This document shows positions 62,001-64,000 of a stretch of DNA of 64,000 nucleotides, one piece after another. The stretch is from Anaeramoeba ignava BMAN. Its lineage: Eukaryota; Protista; Anaeramoebae. Within the stretch, counting starts at the first letter, position 1. The number at the start of each line of letters is the position of its first letter. The stretch spans positions 434,001 to 498,000 of the forward strand of contig JAPDFW010000061.1 in NCBI GenBank assembly GCA_028826165.1, read 5' to 3'. A program made the translations under genes and the position numbers. The notes under the pieces are model-generated. The model did not search any database, had not been told where the DNA came from, and saw only the letters and a program-made list of their open reading frames with translations.

Positions 62001-63276
62001 CAATTTTAATTATTCAAATTCAATATTCAATTCAATTTAATATTCAATTCAATTCAATTCAATTATTCAATTCCAATTCAATTCCCAATTTTAATATTAT
62101 TCAATTTAAATTCATTAAATTATTCAATTCAATATTCAATTCAATTCATATTCAATTCCAAATATTCATTCAATTTCAATTCAATTAATTCAATATTCAA
62201 TATTCAATATTTAATTTCAATTAATATTTAATATTTATTATTTAATATTCAATTTTATTTAATATTTAATATTTCAATATTTTAATTCAATTCAATATTC
62301 AATTATTCAATTTCAATTCCAATATTTATTATTCAATTCAATATTTAAATTTATTTAATATTCAATTTCAATTATTTAATTCCATATTTAATTCAATAAT
62401 ATTCAATTCAATTCAATTCAATTCAATATTTAATATTTTTTTAATATTCAATTATTCAATTCATTATTTCAATATTTAATATTTTAATATTTTATTCAAT
62501 ATTATTCAATATTTCAATTCAATTCAATTATTCAATTCAATATTCAATTCAATTTCAATTCAATTCAATATTTAATATTTTAATATTTAATATTCAATAT
62601 TATTCAATTCATTATTAAAATAATTCAATTCCAATTCAATTCAATATTCAATTCAATATATTTAATTCAATATTCTAATTCACTTTTAATATTATTCAAT
62701 TCTAATATTCAATTCAATATTCAATTCAATTCAATTCAATTCAATTCAATTCAATTCAATTCAATTCAATTCAATTCAATATTCAATTTAATATTCAATT
62801 CAATTCAATTCAATTCAATTCAATTCAATTCAATTCAATTCAATTCAATTCAATTCAATTCAATTCAATTCAATTCAATTCAATTCAATTCAATTCAATT
62901 CAATTCAATTCAATATTTAATTCAATATTCAATATTCAATTCAATTCAATATTTAATATTCAATTAAAAATTTGGAAAAAAAATCAATTTAATCGCAAAT
63001 TGTTTTTTTGTTACATTTTCCAAATTTTTTATACTTTTTGTACTGATTCTCTTCTTGAAAACAACTATTGCAAGAAGCATTTCTTTAAAAGAGAATATTT
63101 CTAATTTGGTTACTTTCCCAATTTTATTAAATTCTGTTCTAATTTCTTCTTCAGAAAGCTAAAAAAAAAAAGGAAAAAAAAATTATTAAAAAAAAAAACT
63201 TTTTATTTTAATTTTTATAATAAATTTTTATTACATTTTCTAAAATTTGAACAAATATTTTCTTTTTGTAAACCAT
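59001..63276 (-). CDS. RRM-like / C4C4 RING / (xQFNQ)n / CCCH zinc-finger protein with C-terminal hydrophobic helix, paralogue 3
   Basis: Exons 63276-63235 (MVYKKKIFVQILEN), 63158-63015 (LSEEEIRTEFNKIGKVTKLEIF..LLAIVVF), 61317-59922 (CILC..CPFC..CCSC..CPSC), 59821-59726 (ICQNFVKYGKCKDLNCPFEH), 59629-59001 (NP/KQLNQ repeats then WKFFYFILIVVFLLILFQIISSLN*). Frames were checked at each junction. Confidence 0.8.
61355..62965. repeat. (AATTC)n pentamer satellite in intron 2 of paralogue 3
   Basis: Direct inspection; intron 61318-63014. Confidence 0.92.
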
Positions 63277-63368
63277 TCTAAAAAGAAAAAAAAGAAAAAT
63301 GAAAATTTAAAAAATGAAAAAAAAAATAAAAAAAATAAAAAATCCACTTTTCATTTTTAAAAGAAAAA

Positions 63369-64000
63369 TTTCAACAAAATTTTATTCAAAGTCGAGCAGG
63401 TATTTCTTATAAGCAATATAACTCTGCTGCATGGCATCCAGTTTTAGATACAGGAAGAATTGAAAGACAAGATTTAACTGGATTTAGTTTGACTTTTATC
63501 AGGATTCAAAATTTCGAATTTATTGATTGTTTATTTGGACCTTCAACTTATTTTAATACTAATTTTGAAAATTGTAAATTTGATGGTTCAAGATTTGAAC
63601 AAGTTATTTTTATTGCACCTTCAATGATGAGACCAAAACTTGAAAATTGTTCATTTGAAAATGTTGAATTTGTTAATGTTGATTTTCCTAATAATGTTCC
63701 TTTTAAAAATCAAAATTTTAAAGGAAGTATTTTCAAATTATGTAAACTTATCAAATCAAATTTTTCCAAATCAAATTTTGATAATTCGAGTTTTATTGAT
63801 TGTAAAATTGATGGATGTAATTTTCAGGATGTGAAATTAATAATATTTGTATTCCTGAAGAACAATTTAAATCTAATTTCAAAGGAGCAAAAGTTACAAA
63901 TTTAATTGATATTTCAAAAGATAAAACAAAAATCAAAGAAATTAAAGAATGGAATGAAGTTCAATCAGATATTGATAAATGGAAACAATATAAAGATCAA
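63369..64000 (+). CDS. Pentapeptide-repeat protein (partial; start codon unresolved; frameshift near 63838)
   Basis: The frame of ORF 63489-63905 is open upstream to ~63369 (QQNFIQSRAGISYKQYNSAAWHPVLDTGRIERQDLTGF). Five-residue periodicity in FENCKFDGSRF, LENCSFENVEFVNVDF and FSKSNFDNSSFIDCKIDGCNF. The shifted frame (ICIPEEQFKSNFKGAKV..) is open to the window end. Confidence 0.7.

Noticed and set aside
61355-62965. (AATTC)n as telomeric or centromeric repeat; degenerate centre as an evolutionary gradient
   Set aside because: It lies inside a GT-AG intron of a conserved gene, and the central degeneracy in all long satellites is what unpolished read error would produce.

Overview
Very AT-rich, gene-dense eukaryotic (protist) DNA with GT-AG spliceosomal introns and the standard code. 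The ankyrin-BTB expansion and composition are reminiscent of an anaerobic metamonad such as Anaeramoeba, but that is inference only. Contents from left to right: (i) a truncated ankyrin/BTB-tail remnant (1-607); (ii) a 22-exon ankyrin-repeat/BTB gene (676-3867, minus strand). All 21 of its introns are phase 0, each ankyrin repeat has its own exon, and the variable beta-turn residues are encoded by ten 3-nt and one 6-nt AG/GT-flanked microexons. This is the most striking observation in the window. (iii) A ~38.5-kb tandem array of about 17 intronless, co-oriented integrin-alpha-like surface receptor genes (signal peptide, 7 FG-GAP blades, 0-9 FN3-like domains, TM helix, short sorting-signal tail); (iv) a SIN3-like gene, SF3B5 and a small membrane protein gene; (v) three tandem paralogues with an RRM-like / C4C4 RING / Q-N low-complexity / CCCH zinc-finger architecture and satellite-filled introns; (vi) a pentapeptide-repeat gene running off the right end. 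Many frameshifts fall in homopolymers and look like long-read consensus errors, so pseudogene calls are uncertain. Gene models were read by eye.
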